From the NCBI GenBank assembly GCA_043228905.1, contig JBHGNT010000012.1:10230001-10294000 (forward strand): a DNA stretch of 64,000 nt, read 5' to 3'. Shown one piece after another: positions 47,301 through 60,726 of the stretch (positions within the stretch are counted from its first letter, which is position 1; each line of letters opens with the position of its first letter). A program made the position numbers and the translations under genes. The notes below the pieces were generated by a model. That model ran no database searches. It saw only the letters and a list, made by a program, of their open reading frames with translations, and was not told where the DNA came from. The DNA comes from Azolla caroliniana (Eukaryota; Plantae; Polypodiophyta).

Positions 47301-47476
47301 AGCAGCTGGAGCAACTTTCACAACCAACAGAGCAGATGCAGGAGGAGCAGTCGTAGGAGGAGCAGCCGCAGGAGGAGCAACAACAGCAAGAGTAGCAACA
47401 ACACTCTGATCAACCTTCTGAAGAACCCTTAGAGCCCCTCGATCAGAGCATTCTGGACATTTTAGAAGAGGATTGA
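44395..47476 (+). pseudogene. Extra ORF of A4
   Basis: ORFs 44420-44869, 44960-46276 and 46805-47272; same terminal QSILDILEED motif as A1; TATA-like CTATTTATAG at 44302. Confidence 0.82.
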
Positions 47477-47529
47477 AGGCCGGATAGTGGGATTCGACGT
47501 ACAAGGTACTGTCCCACGGGTGTGCCATG

Positions 47530-47991
47530 TGTTAGCTAGCCGGCAAGGAGTGAAGGGCAATCCAGAATATGGAAGGGCAGAGATAATCAGAGGTTGTTAT
47601 TAGGATATTAAGTAATTAAGTAGATTTTAGAGAAGTGAACGGACAGACCGGAATCGGTATGCCGATCCGGATCCGAACCGCTTCATATTAGGGTGCCGGT
47701 TGGCACCGTTTTGTAGGCAGAGCCGGTGATCTATAAAAGGGCCCGGTTACATTGTAAATGATGACGAATACTTAATAAAGCTCTATTTCCTTATCTTTGT
47801 GTATTGATTACTGTTCTGTGCTAATTACTTTCTATCTTATGCGTGTATTAAGATTAAAGATTTGTTGATTAAGTAAACAATTAAGGTTTGATTAATCGTC
47901 AGTCTAACTCTTTTTCACCGTAACACCCTTTGGTGAAGTGTCTTCTGTAGACACCCTGTGTTAGGCTATTGTCCGGCCCTAAGGAATAACA
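47530..47991 (+). repeat. 3' LTR of A4
   Basis: Direct repeat of 38001-38462. Confidence 0.95.
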
Positions 47992-47996
47992 CCTCT

Positions 47997-48778
47997 TCAT
48001 CCATGATCATACAATTTTAGATAACCACATTGCCGGATACTGGCCACTCCAAAATCCCTTCACATGGAATATTGATGTAGGATCCATGGCATCCATGACT
48101 CATCATCGATCATTAGAAAATATTGAACTCAATAATATAGTTTGGCCACGACAAAGAGATATTTACATGGGACCAAGCATATCGTGAACTGTAGAGGCAA
48201 GTTGGCAAGGCAATTTGTATGGGCTACAAGTAGGTTTGTTAGATGCAACATTAGCTCAGGGTGATGAGTTGGGGCATCCCTTTTGGATTGCTAAAATTCT
48301 TGAAATAATGAAAGATGAACAAGGCCATCAAGTTGAGTCTATTTTGCTTCATTGGTATCACACCTCTTCCCCAAATTCATTTACTGGAAAGTACGTTTTA
48401 GAGATGGTTAAGGGTGTCAGAGGCACAAACAGATAGCAAAAAAGAAAGAATCTACCGAGCACGTCTACTCTTACACTAGATATTGTAGACATCCTAGTGT
48501 ATGACTTCTCCTTCACCAAAACAGGACATCTAAGACAAACCACCATCAAGATAATAAAAGAGAATATCCCAAATGTGGCTCCTAACACAACACATTTAAG
48601 ACGAATAAGGAGTATGTCTTATAATCACGGTGGCGTTGGATCGCAATTGGATGAAGACAATGCATTGGTTGCTAATGACAATGAGAATGAGACCTCACAA
48701 AGCTCTTCTAGTTCATCGGATGGGTCTAAAAATGACGACATATCTTTGGGAAGTGATGGTTTGATACATGAATTGTAA
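47997..48778 (+). pseudogene. Sola-like transposase of outer element, C-terminal part
   Basis: FWIAKILE...LHWY...FTGKY.LEM and YDFSFTKTGHLR...LDEDNAL match the C-terminus of the 33792 ORF. Confidence 0.88.
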
Positions 48779-49084
48779 ATATTGTATTTTACATCAAAAT
48801 GTCAATTCACGAATATGTATAAATATAGGTGGAAGTCATTTTCTAAATTTTGTACCTTCTTTTGTAAGTTTCTAGTGTCTATTATTTAGCCATTTATGGA
48901 AAGCCTAGAACTTTTGGAAATGCTAAAAATCAATATATTGTTGGTCATTTTTTAAAAACCTTTATGCATGCATCACCCATCTTTGTGAAATGGCCTATTT
49001 TGTGCCTTCTTTTGACGGACGGTTCTTAAAATGTAATATATTACTTGTTTCAAATGACCCATTGTTCTTATTCACAATTACATT

Positions 49085-50410
49085 TGGGGAGGAAAAACAG
49101 GTCAGGATAAAAAGCTTAATGTAACTTGGGCAATATTGATGGCTCTACAACAAAATGATGGGTTGGGGTTGGTGGATCCGGAATCACAATGTAAGGCTTT
49201 GCTCTCTAAATTTGTATGTAGAGTTATGTTGCCAATGCAAGGTGTTTGGAGTCAGCTGATGATGCATAGGTTGTCTACTATGTGTCTGACAATAGTTGGA
49301 GTATCACAACCCTCATTAAGGTGGGCCTTTATTCAGGATTTCCGTTTGTTTAAAATAACGTTGCCAGAAGATAGTTTTTTTAATGGAATTTTCACAAGTT
49401 GGTTTGTTGTTAAAACATTTCTGGTTTGTAAAATACCTTTGACAATGGATGACTTGTTGAGACAGCCTTTGACACGGAATTTTCTTTTCTCTAATGACAG
49501 AGGTTTTTTGTTTGGTAGGCGTCCTAGGCTAAATTGGGCTTCTTTGGATGCATCAATTGCATGTAATGTTCTTTCATGGAGATGCTATGTTATGAATCAA
49601 CCGTTACAATATTTGTCAATGTATTTAATTCGAGGAGGTGCTATTATGTGTAATGATATGCAAACTTGGCATTGCGACAATTTATGGCTTCATGGTCTCC
49701 CTCAAGTAATCAGATATTATTTGGTTATTTTTTTCTTTTAAAAGTTATTTTAGGAGCTAAAGTAACTAATGTTGCGGGTGATGCTATGTACTTTAATGTT
49801 GATGATGGTGGTAGGTTGTGGCATGTATACTCTACATTGGTTGTGTGGATATCCGACAATATTTTGGCTATTCGAGTAGTTGAAGATCAGGTTTTGGATG
49901 CACCCTTACAAGAATGCTTGTTGCATTGCTCATTGTGGGTTTGTTAAAAAAAAACTCTTCATAATTTGGACTAGGATCTAGCTGATTATCAATGGAAAAA
50001 ACCTAGTGTTGGTAGAACTGCTAAACATTTGGAGTTTTTTTTAATATTTGGTCAAGCTAGGTTGAAATTTGTTGTTGCAATTAAAGTATAAATGCCCTAC
50101 TGCCATGAAGCACTCGATTGAGAATAATGTGTATGAATTACAACTTGCAAAATTTTGGAAATGGTTGTGGAGTATGTAGTTGCTAAAAAAAGTTATTTGC
50201 TTTCATTGGTTGTTGATTCATTATGTTCTTCCTATTGGTGATTGGTTGAGGCAACATCAACAATATGCTTGTGGAATTGATTGTGGTACACCTACCGAAT
50301 CTATTTTGCATGTGTTTTGGTTATGTCTCAAGATCAAGCAATTTTTAAGTAAGATGTTTTTATTGATGAGACAACATTATTCTCGTTCACGTTTCTCTTG
50401 GGGTGTAGGG
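49085..50410 (+). pseudogene. Decayed 3' part of an L1/Tx1-type LINE ORF2
   Basis: DGLGLVDPESQCKALLSKF and a zf-RVT-like KVICFHWLL...CGIDCG...ESILHVFWLC. Confidence 0.65.
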
Positions 50411-50700
50411 TGAAAGCATGCGAGTGGAAACAATTAGCTATGTCCTTGACATAGCTAATTAGCTATGCAAAAAGCTACCATTGGTAAATAGTCATTTTTG
50501 CAAAAAGCTACCATTGATAAATTAGCTATGTTGGTAAATAGTCATTTTTGCAAAGCATGCGAGTGAAAGCATGCGAGTGGAAACAATTAGCTATGTCCTT
50601 GACATAGCTAATTAGCTATGCAAAAAGCTACCATTGGTAAATAGTCATTTTTGCAAAAAGCTACCATTGATAAATTAGCTATGCAAAAAGCTACCATTGA
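50411..50700. repeat. Duplicated ~150-bp block built from AGCTA-containing motifs with hairpins
   Basis: AATTAGCTATGTC-CTT-GACATAGCTAATT twice; GCAAAAAGCTACCATTG five times. Confidence 0.88.
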
Positions 50701-53658
50701 AAATAGTAGAGAGTTTTAATTATATAAATGAGCACCATAAATGTGCAACATAAACGTGCAACATAAATTGATATGTACACCATAAATTATATACCGAATT
50801 CCTAGGTCCATTATTCATGATCCTTTGCCACATCACGTTGTCATAAAGATTTTCACCAACGATGTAAAAATTGAATGGAATGTACAAAATAGAGGGTGGT
50901 TCTTCACACACAACATACTCCGGATTGTATGCCGTTGTTAGCGATAACCGAACTCCGTGTTTGGCGAAGAATCCCCTAGCTTTGTCCGAGTCGAGTTCTC
51001 CCCGGTCCGCAATCACTTGTCTTACGCACCCGTACCTGCAAAATACTTCCTCCAAAAGAAATTGGCATACCGCAGAACACGTTTTCCTCTGAAGCGCTCG
51101 ACCTTCTACTTGATTCGTGAGATCTTCCCGAGCTAATACCAAGTATTTCTTTTGTTCGATCCCGGTCGACATAGCCACTATGTCGACCATCCACTTGAAG
51201 TTGATTGTCGGTGAGAATGTCGGATGTAACTCATCTCGATGTCGAACCTCGGAGTAGACTTGACATTTCTCGCAGCTTTCCGTGAACTCCGCAACATCTT
51301 TGTACATTTTCTTCCACCAATATTTTTGCTTGATCTTCACAAATGTTGCCCATATTCCTCGGTGTCCAGCCCAATCGGATTCGTGAAACTCGGACATTAT
51401 CCGGTTTCGTTGCTCTTTTGTCCCGACTACTCGAAGTGGTATACCATCCGGTCTTTTCAGCGCCCTCCATATTAATCCGTTTTCCAAGAAGAACTTTTGG
51501 ACTTGCCTCTTCTTCCTTCGGATCTCGGCTCTTCTTCCTTTATCGTTTGTTGAATCCTCGGACTCTTGTAACATCTTTCCGATCATCAAGCTTTCTCCCT
51601 CGTATTCTTCTTCCCGGAATTCTCGGATTACGTTCACTCGGCATATGTGCTCCGACGCGAAGTAGTCTTCGGAAACTTCTTCATTATCCGATTCAGTTAT
51701 GTCGTCTCCGAACCGAGCCCTTGATAACATATCCGCTACCGCGTTGTCCTTCCCCGAGATGTGTCGAACCTCCGGATTAAGCGACTTGACATATGCAACC
51801 CACCTTAGCATAGCTACATCCAGTATCGTACAACACCGCATCATCCCGAGTATCGGAAGACAATCCGTCTCGATCACCACTTCGGCTCCGATCAAATAAT
51901 CCCAATCCGATTTTATCGCCGACACGACTCCCCACAATTCTCTTTTGACTTATGCATATCCACGTTGCCTTTCGTTGAGAACCTTTGCTCCGAATCGGAT
52001 CGGATACCGTGAACCATCCGAGTTGACTTGATTGATGACCCACCCGATACCGGTGGGACTTGTATCAACCGTTACTATGATCGGTCGGTCGTAGCTCAGC
52101 TTCTTAAGTGCTTCCGCCCTCCGAAGTGTCTTCTTCAATTTCTTCATGGCTTTGGTGTGTTCCGGTTTCCATTCGAATTTCTTACCTTTCCGTAACAAGT
52201 GGTAGAGCGGGTCCGCTATATGTGCATAGTGCGGAATCCATATGTGATAGAATGCACATGCACCGAGAAACCTTCGGACTTCGGATGTTGACTCGCATAC
52301 TTCCTCCATAGCTTGAATCGCATCGATCTTTGTTGGTGACGGTCTTCGGCCGTAGGGCCCACATAGATGTCCGACCACCAATATTTCTTCTTGCCCGAAT
52401 GCCGATTTCTCCCCGGAAAGTGTTAGGTGCACATCTTCTAGCTTTCGCAACACTTTCTCGCAATCATGAATGTGGTCGACCACGAACTTTCGGCATCCCC
52501 GATCATCCATAGTCTCATCTTTTTCTTCTACCGCGCATCCTTTCATCGGAATGTCATCAAGGAACGGCATCGTTATCTCCGGAATGCAGTCTCGAAGCAC
52601 CTTGTTCATCGTGTTCATCATATGAGCAACCGAGTTTGTCGCTCCTTGTGGTAGTGTGCATATTCGGACTAATCCTATCGGTGTTCGCATGGTTGTGATG
52701 TCTCGGCTCTCCACGGCTAGTTGGAATTGGTCATACCCCGAGTATAGGTCTCCGATGGAGTATATCGCACGATCGGCAAAAGCTTCCGCAAATGCGTCCA
52801 CTATCGGACCGACTCCCGAGTTCCGGATCGTGACCTTATTCACCGGTTGCAAGTCTCGGATAAATCAGAGTGACCCATTCTTCTTCGGAACCGTAAACCA
52901 TTGATTTGAGTACGGAGCAGTTGATGGATCTAGAATCCCCATCGCCACCTTCTCCTTGAGCAAGTCAATGACTTTCGGAATATGTGCTCGTCGCACCGGA
53001 ATCGGCTTCAGGTTCCACGGTACATGGTCAATCGTGAAGATCACCATCGGCTCCACTATTCTCAGATCAACGCACCCTATCTCCCTTGATGTAAATGCAA
53101 ACGCTTTGCCGTGTTGCTCCAACATCTCGCGAAACCGTTCTTCTTCTTTTTGTAATAGGAACCCACCTCCACCGATCCGAAGTTTCTTTCGGGTCTCGTC
53201 CGTGAAGGCATGTCCGATATCCACGGACTTCCGAAGTGTCGGATCTCCCGAGACTTCTTTCCTCTTTTGTTCGCTATCGGCGGGTAGTGGTCCCGCAGCC
53301 AGTTTCACCTTCTTCTCCACGGTCTTGTATTTCGTACTTACCATTGCTTCTTCTTTGCGGAGCGTATCCGGCTCCATTTTTGCTATGATCTCGTACATCT
53401 TGACCGATTCCACCGGGACTACCCGGTTCCGTTGGCTTTTATCTTCCGCAACCTCTTCAAGTCGTTGTAGCGTGCTCCCATAGAACACTTCTTCGACTAT
53501 CCCCATGATTTCGTCATCTTCTTTTATTATTGATGCCGACCGCAACTTATCCTCCACTTGTCGGTATCCTTTATTCAATCCTCCGGTTACGGTCGTGTAC
53601 GTAGATGCCCCATCCGGACCAATTCGTACATGTTTTGCTCCGAGAGTTTTCTTCCTGT

Positions 53659-53722
53659 GTGGGGTATCAGGGCTTCTCGGACTATCACTTCCCCACTCTG
53701 CAACAGTCCGCTTTAAAAATCC
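53659..53722 (-). promoter_or_regulatory. Predicted -1 ribosomal frameshift signal (G GAU UUU + pseudoknot)
   Basis: PR ORF stops at GAT TTT TAA; the -1 frame is open into the pre-RT ORF 52865-53578. Confidence 0.7.
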
Positions 53723-55775
53723 ATTCTCACTTGGGACAAGAGTTCCCTCTTGTTCCTTTCGTGATTTGCTAGCACCGTTAGGAATTGGACGGATTTCCCA
53801 CCGTTTTGGCTCCGAATTCGCGCAAAAGCCACACCTCTATCGAGCACCTTCGTCTCCATCCGTGATGCCGTGATAAAGGGTTGGCCGAGGATGACGGAAT
53901 GTGAAACCTCATCTTGCACGAAGAAATTTTGGTCAATCTCGACATCCCCGATCTTCACCGTCACATTCCGACAAGCCGCAAATAGATCTTCCGTTGCTTT
54001 GGTGGCCGCCCGAATCTTCCATCCATGGTTGGTGTTAATAGGCCACTTCCCCTTCCGGTAGAACTCCTTGGACATCAAGTTGATCTCCAATCCGTGATCA
54101 ATCAATGCTAGCACGGGTTCTTTGATGTTGCCGATTCGGACCGGAGTCTCCGTAGTCGCGCGTGCCCAATGTGGCCTTGTATAGTGGGAGTTCGGAATTT
54201 TGTCCTCCACTTCGGTGTCGTTCATTAAAATGGTGTTCGCATTCACCCTTGGAGCATTTTCCTCCGTACTTTGTCTTTTTCGCTTCACGAGATCCACAAG
54301 AAGATCGTGGAACTCCTTCTTTGCTATTACGAGTAGCTCCCGAAGCGAGAAATCTACCCGGCTATCCAAGATTCTTTCCTCGAACACTCTTTTCAAGTCG
54401 GTTTGTTGTTCTATGTCCGAAGCGAGCTTGAATGCCGAAGTTGCCTTTTCTTTTCCCTTACCTCCGGAGTTCCAGCTTTCCGGTATCTTCGATGGCCCGG
54501 CCGCATCCTCCGTGCGTCGTCGTTTCTCGTCCACATACACCTTATGCAATTGACACAGGGCGTATACGCTATTCTTGTCGACAGGGCACTCCCATCCCGT
54601 AGCTTCCCGGACGCCTTCCGCGGTGCTTCAGATCTCGTTGGAGTCGGTTTTCTCGGTGTTTTCTAGAACTTCCGGCCAAAAAGACGTCTTTGCTCTTGAT
54701 GACTCCCCGACACATATTCCCGCGGTTGTCGCATAGTTGCTTCTTGCCGCCAATTCCTCCTCGAGCACCTTCTTCATGCCGCCTTTCCGGAAGTTCGGTC
54801 GGAGTGGCTTCCGAGAGTCCATCGAATGAATCCGGTTTCCCTCGTAGTAGATGAGATCCCGTCGTAGTGCCTCCTTATGCTCGTCGCAATCCCTCCGATT
54901 GTGTTCGGCGCTATCGCACCATATGCACCATCGGTCCGTATACTTGGAGCTTGTGGGGCGGTCATCCGACTTCTTCACCATCACGATCTTCAGATTCTCC
55001 ATCTCCTTCAATAGTTGCTCCACCGTAGATGCATCAATCCCCTTCTCGGTTGTAGTCTCCCGAGCCCTCGGTTGATGGTCTTCCAATCCGGTTCTCGTTT
55101 TCGGAATCGGTTCCGAAACCCTCTTTTCCTCGTTGGCAAGCCATTGCCCCCTCTTCGTGTATCGCGCGACGATATCCCGCACGCTTTCCCATGTTTCGGT
55201 GAGGCCACTCTCCGTGGTCGGGTCCTCCAAGAGCACTCCGAGATCTTTCCGGTCCTGGATGTCCACGGCTCGCAAGAACATGATCACCTTGTCCGGTACG
55301 AGGAAAGCTTGATCTCTCGCGGACAACCTCCCGAACCGGCTTTCGAATGCCGAAAACACATCAACGACCTTCAATCCCTTGTCCGGCGTCTCCACCCAAT
55401 CTTCGAATCCCCTTCGCGTCGCCTTTGAGGAATCCTCGATGGCGAACGTCCTCTTTAGCTCTTCTTCAAACGCCTCCCATGTCGGATTTTGTTGTCGTAG
55501 CCCATGGATGCTTGCTTGAAACCCGTCGGTCGCCACCCGGTTGAAGGACGTCACTTGCAATCCTTCCAATATTCTGCACCGTAGCATCTCCGCCTTGTAG
55601 TCCCGAAGATACTGCGACACGTCTTTACCGTTGAATTGGCCGTTTCGTTGCACGAGCCGCTCCACTAATGCCGCTATCTCCGACATCGCGCGTTGTTCTT
55701 GTAGCATGCGCTCAACCATCATCCTCATCATGTTCATCGCCTCGTGTTGATTCTCCATCCCCTTGCCACCCGTCT

Positions 55776-55792
55776 TCACGTCGGGTTCACCA
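55776..55792 (-). promoter_or_regulatory. PBS complementary to tRNA-Trp
   Basis: TGGTGAACCCGACGTGA, 4 nt after the LTR. Confidence 0.8.
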
Positions 55793-55796
55793 ACTG

Positions 55797-56500
55797 TGTC
55801 GTGCCTTTCGACTCCGGATCGTTGCGTGAGTTGGGTGGGAACCGCCGAGGTTTTGGACTAGGAGGAAGAGGAATACAACTTAAGGCTAGTTAGGAATAGT
55901 AAAAAGAGAAGTAAGATAGCAATCTCGTGAATCCCACGAGTTTAGTGTATTTAAAACAATATTTAGATTATAAGAGTAATTTAGATGGCAAAATTCGTGA
56001 ATCCCACGAATATATTAGATTGATCAATCCTTGTATATTCATCAACAACCTTATACATATTTCTCTCCTCCTTATATAAAGATGGAAGAGGCTAAGCATG
56101 GCTCCATGCTTTTTCACCAAAAGTGTTCATGCACACTAAATGTGCATGTGATGCTTTGTCATTTCCTAAATATAGGGCTCATGCACGCTAGATGCGCATG
56201 AGTCACTTTTAATGTCACGTGTAAATAAAATATTCAGACCCTAAAGAATACATGATTTTTACCTTTTTATAAAGGTATGTGTAAATAAAGGTCTTATACG
56301 TATTAAATCTATATGTATAACACTAAAGATAAGTTATTTCAATGGTAAAGTTGAAGTTTATCTACGTGGAGGTGCAGGGTTCGAATCTTGCCCTATGCAC
56401 GTGATAAATATTTTGACATATTATTTATTTATTTATATGTATCTAAAATCGGATATATTATTTTATGGTTTTCACGTAGTGTGTGGAATACACTACGACA
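55797..56500 (-). repeat. 5' LTR of B1
   Basis: TGTCG...CGACA termini; inverted homologue of 60059-60686. Confidence 0.9.
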
Positions 56501-59500
56501 ACAGTTCCTCATCACTAAGGTTAACCGTTGCCGCTTCCAGTGCTTTTCCTTCCCGAACCCGGGATCACTCATAGCTCTCACTCTGGATTTGAGCGTCCAG
56601 CCTATCATCGTCTAGCTGAGCTACGAGTTGCCGGACCTGCACTAGTTGTTCATCCACCAGGACTTGGAAGTCTTCGGTAAGCTCCTCCCGTATGGCGATG
56701 AAGTCCTCGGAACTCCACGTGTAACAATCATCTCCTTCCTTCCGCCGGTTTTCCACGTCTGCCCGTAGCAATTGGAGTTCCGCCGTATTTTGTGCCCACT
56801 TTGTCCACCATCTTACGGAGCTTTCGTCAATCAAGCGTTTTGTCTGATTCAGCCATGCCTGGAGGATGCACTGAATCCGGCCCATTCCCATCTGCGATTG
56901 GATCTCCGCAGCTTGCCGTTCCTCCTTCAATTGCTTGATGATTTTGACGTTGTTGTCCACCTGCTCCTTGTAATGCGTCAATTGCCCTTGATATGTGCTC
57001 TGTAATTTTTGCAATACCGTTGACGCTCTCTCCCTTTCTTCCTGCTGCTGCCTCTGGAGCTCCATCCGGACCCTCTCCGCCTCGTCCAACCATCTTGTAT
57101 TTTCCGCTCGTTTGTCGTCGTCGCGGCCCGATCAACTTCCTGTCGGAGCTCCACCATCCATTCCTTATGCTCTGTTTCCAGCCGTTTGTAGTCCTGGTGC
57201 AGGTGCTCAAAATCATCTGTCTTTTGCTTGAGCCGTACGTTGATTTGTCGACGGGCCCGGTCCTCGCGGTCCTTCTGCCGGCGGAGCTCCTCCTTTAGCC
57301 GTTCAATTTCCGTTTCCGTCGTCTTCTGCAGCTTGTCCTTTTCCTGCAGCACTTTGTCTTTTTCCTCCCTTAGTCGGTCATAAGCTTGATGGCCTTTCCG
57401 GAGGCTCTCCTCTGCCCGGCGGAGGTTCTCAGCAGTCTTCTTTAATTCTGCTTCGGCCGGTGTCTTCAATTCCCGTTCACGGCTCCTTAGCGCTTCTTGT
57501 GCGGTAAGTTCATCTCTCAATTCCGCAAGCAATTGGGCTTGCGCCGCATCTCTCGGAGTCAGCGGTGCTTGGATCTGTGTTGTCGTTAAGGCCATTTTGG
57601 CCCGATCCAAGTCTTTTTCAAGGCACCGGATTCTGGACCAGGCCGTCTCTAGTTGTTCGGTTGTGACGAGCAATCGTTCTCTTTGCACTCTTTCTTCCGC
57701 CTCAATATACCCCACTGCTCTAGCAATCTGTTCACCTATCCACTGGAGCCACAGGCTACCGGTGCATTGTTCTTGCGCTTGCACGGAGGTTTGACGGATG
57801 GGCTCGCTTGTGGGTGGGTGGTCCCGCCTGATTGCGCCGAGTTGCAATTCCGTTTCTACCCGTGGACCACCCTACTATCCTAGTTCCCCTTGCGCTTCTT
57901 CTTGGTTGGCCGAGGGAGGCTGCATTGACCTTTCCGGCTCTGGCGGTACGGGACTTGCCGGTGCTGCCGGTGGTGCAAGGGCTTCTGATTCCGGTGCCAC
58001 GCGCACCGGTTCCGATTCCTCCCTTGGCGTGGGAGTCTCAGTATGGGGAGCCAGTGTTCCCTCCATTTGAGGGTTCGAACGTTTCCCGACAGCCTCAACG
58101 GTCCTTGCCGACGACCGTCGTTGGAGGTGCTCCATAGGCTCCTCCTCTATTTCCTCTTCCTGTCCCGGCATTGATTTTCGCCGCCAAGGGGTCCGCTTCT
58201 CTATTTACCGGTCAGCGGAGTGTAATCTTTACGGGCCGTACCGGTGGTTCCTCCTGCGCATCCGTTGGCCGCTTCCGGCTGGTGCACTCCTTTCCCGCCT
58301 GTTCTGCGTCCGCCGCCTTCCCCTTAGTGGCCTTAGAGGCCAACAACTGTTGTCTTTTGGAAGCAGTCTTTGGGGTGCCGTCCGCCACTCTTCCCCGCTT
58401 CTTGGGCTGGACGGGTTGGACGGGTGGCACAAACAAGGTGAGCCACTGTGTTACTGCGTGCCATATCTTCTGTCCGTCTCGGCCTTCTTTGTTGACTTTT
58501 CCTCTAACGATCTCGATTGCCACACACAAACCGTCTGCGATCACTACCGACCAATCCACCTTGATCCCTTCATAGGTGGCGATGATCATCCCTGCCCGAT
58601 TTTGCGGCATGACAGGGGGTCTAGGGTACACATGGCCGTATTCGTGGAGCACACGGGCAATCTCGCGGAACAGCATATCTCCGCCGTCATGTGTCCAGTA
58701 GCCCTTGCTGGCTAGGGAGTACTCACCAAAATACTTGATGAGTTGCTCCGAGGTCAAATTGTCGATCGTGAATATGCCTCCCTCCGAAAGGCCTGTTAAT
58801 GCACGGATCGCCTCCTCCGTTATGACCTCTGTGTTGATTTCTTTGATTACCTTGTCGGCTTCTTTGTGTGGCGGTGCCTCCATAATCGTCAGGAAGCCCT
58901 CGAGCTCATGTTGCCTTAGCAATTTCTTGGCGGCTTCCGACAGCGTTTGCGGGTCCATGTTTGTGTCGAGGTCGGATTGTGGCGGCGAGGTTAAATGGTG
59001 ATGAGAGTGAGAGTGAGAGAGAGAGAGTTCAAAAAGCGGGCTTTCTCTGTGCGTAGGTTCTCGTTTGATCATCTTCCAACGCCTTGGTGCTTCTATGCTC
59101 CTGGGTTTGCGAAATGAGAAGGTCTCCATACGCTGTGGTTTTTCTCTGTGCATTCTGGCGCCTTTTTTGAGCGTGTGCACGTCGTGTATTAAAATAGCAT
59201 TATGTCCTGTGGTGGCGCTTAAATGCCCACTATGTACCTTTTCGCTCCTCGCTCTCTCGTCTGTTCATACCTCGCTTTTGCATGATTACTTCTCTCGTAG
59301 TGTGAGGTTACTTGTCCGTTGGTCCTATCGGACCCTTACCGGCCTCATTACGGTTTGTTGTCGCCTCATTCTCCCCAGTTATTGGCTTGCCGTCTCCTCC
59401 GTCTTGGTGGTTGCTGTTTCCGCACCGGTGCTCAAATGGGCTCTTGGGCATCGGTCCTCTATATGGCTTCAATCTGAATCCGTTGACCCATTTGCCTAGC

Positions 59501-60058
59501 ACTTCGCCGGCAAGTGTCCCTAACTGGTAGGACCCATTATACTCATGTGTCAGCCAATACGGGCCGGTCCATCTAAACCGTAGTTTACCCGGCATCTTGC
59601 CCATCCGGGTCTGAAATACTAACACCGGCTTGCCGATTTCGAACATTTTTCATTTCCTTTCCGGTGCCGGTCGACAAATGCTTTCCGTCGCCATTGTTCC
59701 AATTCTAAGTGCAAGATGCTTGCCAATCGTTGTTCCTCAAGTTCACACAGCGTTGTTAACCGTATTGCCTCCAACTCCTTCTCGTTCAGCCGTTCCCGTA
59801 GCTAGATCCGTAAGCTTGGTACTTGGAATTCCACCGGCATGACCGCCTCTACTCCGAACGCTAACCGGAACGGTATTGTTCGGATGCTCGTTTTGTATGT
59901 TGTCCAGAATGCCCAAAGCGCGCTATGTAGCTTGGTATCCCAATCCGTTCGGTTTTCATTGATGATCTTCCGGAGGATATTCTGGAGCGTTTTGTTCGTC
60001 GACTCACCTAACCCGTTTGCTTGCGGATAGTACGGTGTGCTCTGTTTATGGAGAACGG
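56501..60058 (-). mobile_element. Family A internal fragment A5 (integrase C-terminus + extra ORF)
   Basis: STPYYPQANG...GKLRFRWTGPY and ORFs 58212-59180, 56978-57847, 56565-57089 homologous to A4. Confidence 0.9.
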
Positions 60059-60686
60059 TCTCGTAGTGTATTCCGCACACTACGTGAAAACCATAAAATA
60101 ATATATCCGATTTTAGATACATATAACCCCAACTTTACCATTGTAATAACTTATCTTTAGTGTTATAAATATAGATTTAATACGTATAAGACCTTTATTT
60201 ACACATACCTTTATTAAAAGGTAAAAATCATGTATTCTTTAGAGTGTGAATATTTTATTTACACGTGACATTAAAAGTGACTCATGCACATCTAGCGTGC
60301 ATGAGCCCTATATCTAGGAAATGACAAAGCATCACATGCACATTTAGTGTGCATGGACACTTTAGGTGAAAAAGCATGAAGCCATGCTTAGCCTCTTCCA
60401 TCTTTATATAAGGAGGAGAGAAATATGTATATGGTTGTTGATGAATATACAAGGATTGATCAATCTAATATATTCGTGGGATTCACGAATTTTGCCATCT
60501 AAATTACTCTTATAATCTAAATATTGTTTGAATTACACTAAACTCGTGGGATTCACGAGATTCCTATCTTACTTCTCTTCCTATTATTCATAACTAGCCT
60601 TAAGTTGTATTCCTCTTCCTCCTAGTCCAAAACCTCGGCGGTTCCCACCCGACTCACGCAACGATCCGGAGCCGAAGGGCTCGACA
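60059..60686 (+). repeat. 5' LTR of B2
   Basis: Homologous to B1 LTR but ~76 bp shorter; ends CGACA; begins TC rather than TG. Confidence 0.88.
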
Positions 60687-60726
60687 CAGTTGGTGAACCC
60701 GACGTGAAGCACTGGGTGGCAAGGAG

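Larger units (their letters stand above)
38001..47991 (+). mobile_element. Full-length Ty3/Gypsy family A copy A4
   Basis: Paired 462-bp LTRs, 5-bp TSD CCTCT (37996-38000 and 47992-47996), PBS TGGCGACCATG, decayed gag-pol and extra ORF. Confidence 0.96.
19011..49027. mobile_element. Outer (older) Sola-like DNA transposon, fragmented by nested insertions; boundaries uncertain
   Basis: Transposase pieces 20193-21042, 36932-38000 and 47997-48778 rejoin across TSDs; divergent cargo-gene remnant at 19011-19951; left end is cut off by A3 and the right end near 49027 is a guess. Confidence 0.65.
50918..56500 (-). mobile_element. Ty3/Gypsy family B copy B1, truncated in integrase
   Basis: LTR 56500-55797, tRNA-Trp PBS, gag 55779-54628, PR LIDHG, RT DLYSGYDQ/FLDD, RH, INT ending at TTAYNPE. 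Confidence 0.92.

Noticed and set aside
48990-49030. Right TIR of the outer element
   Set aside because: Position is plausible, but no matching left TIR is in the window and similarity to the inner TIR is weak
56334-56402. Functional tRNA gene
   Set aside because: No acceptor or anticodon stems could be folded; only A/B-box-like motifs
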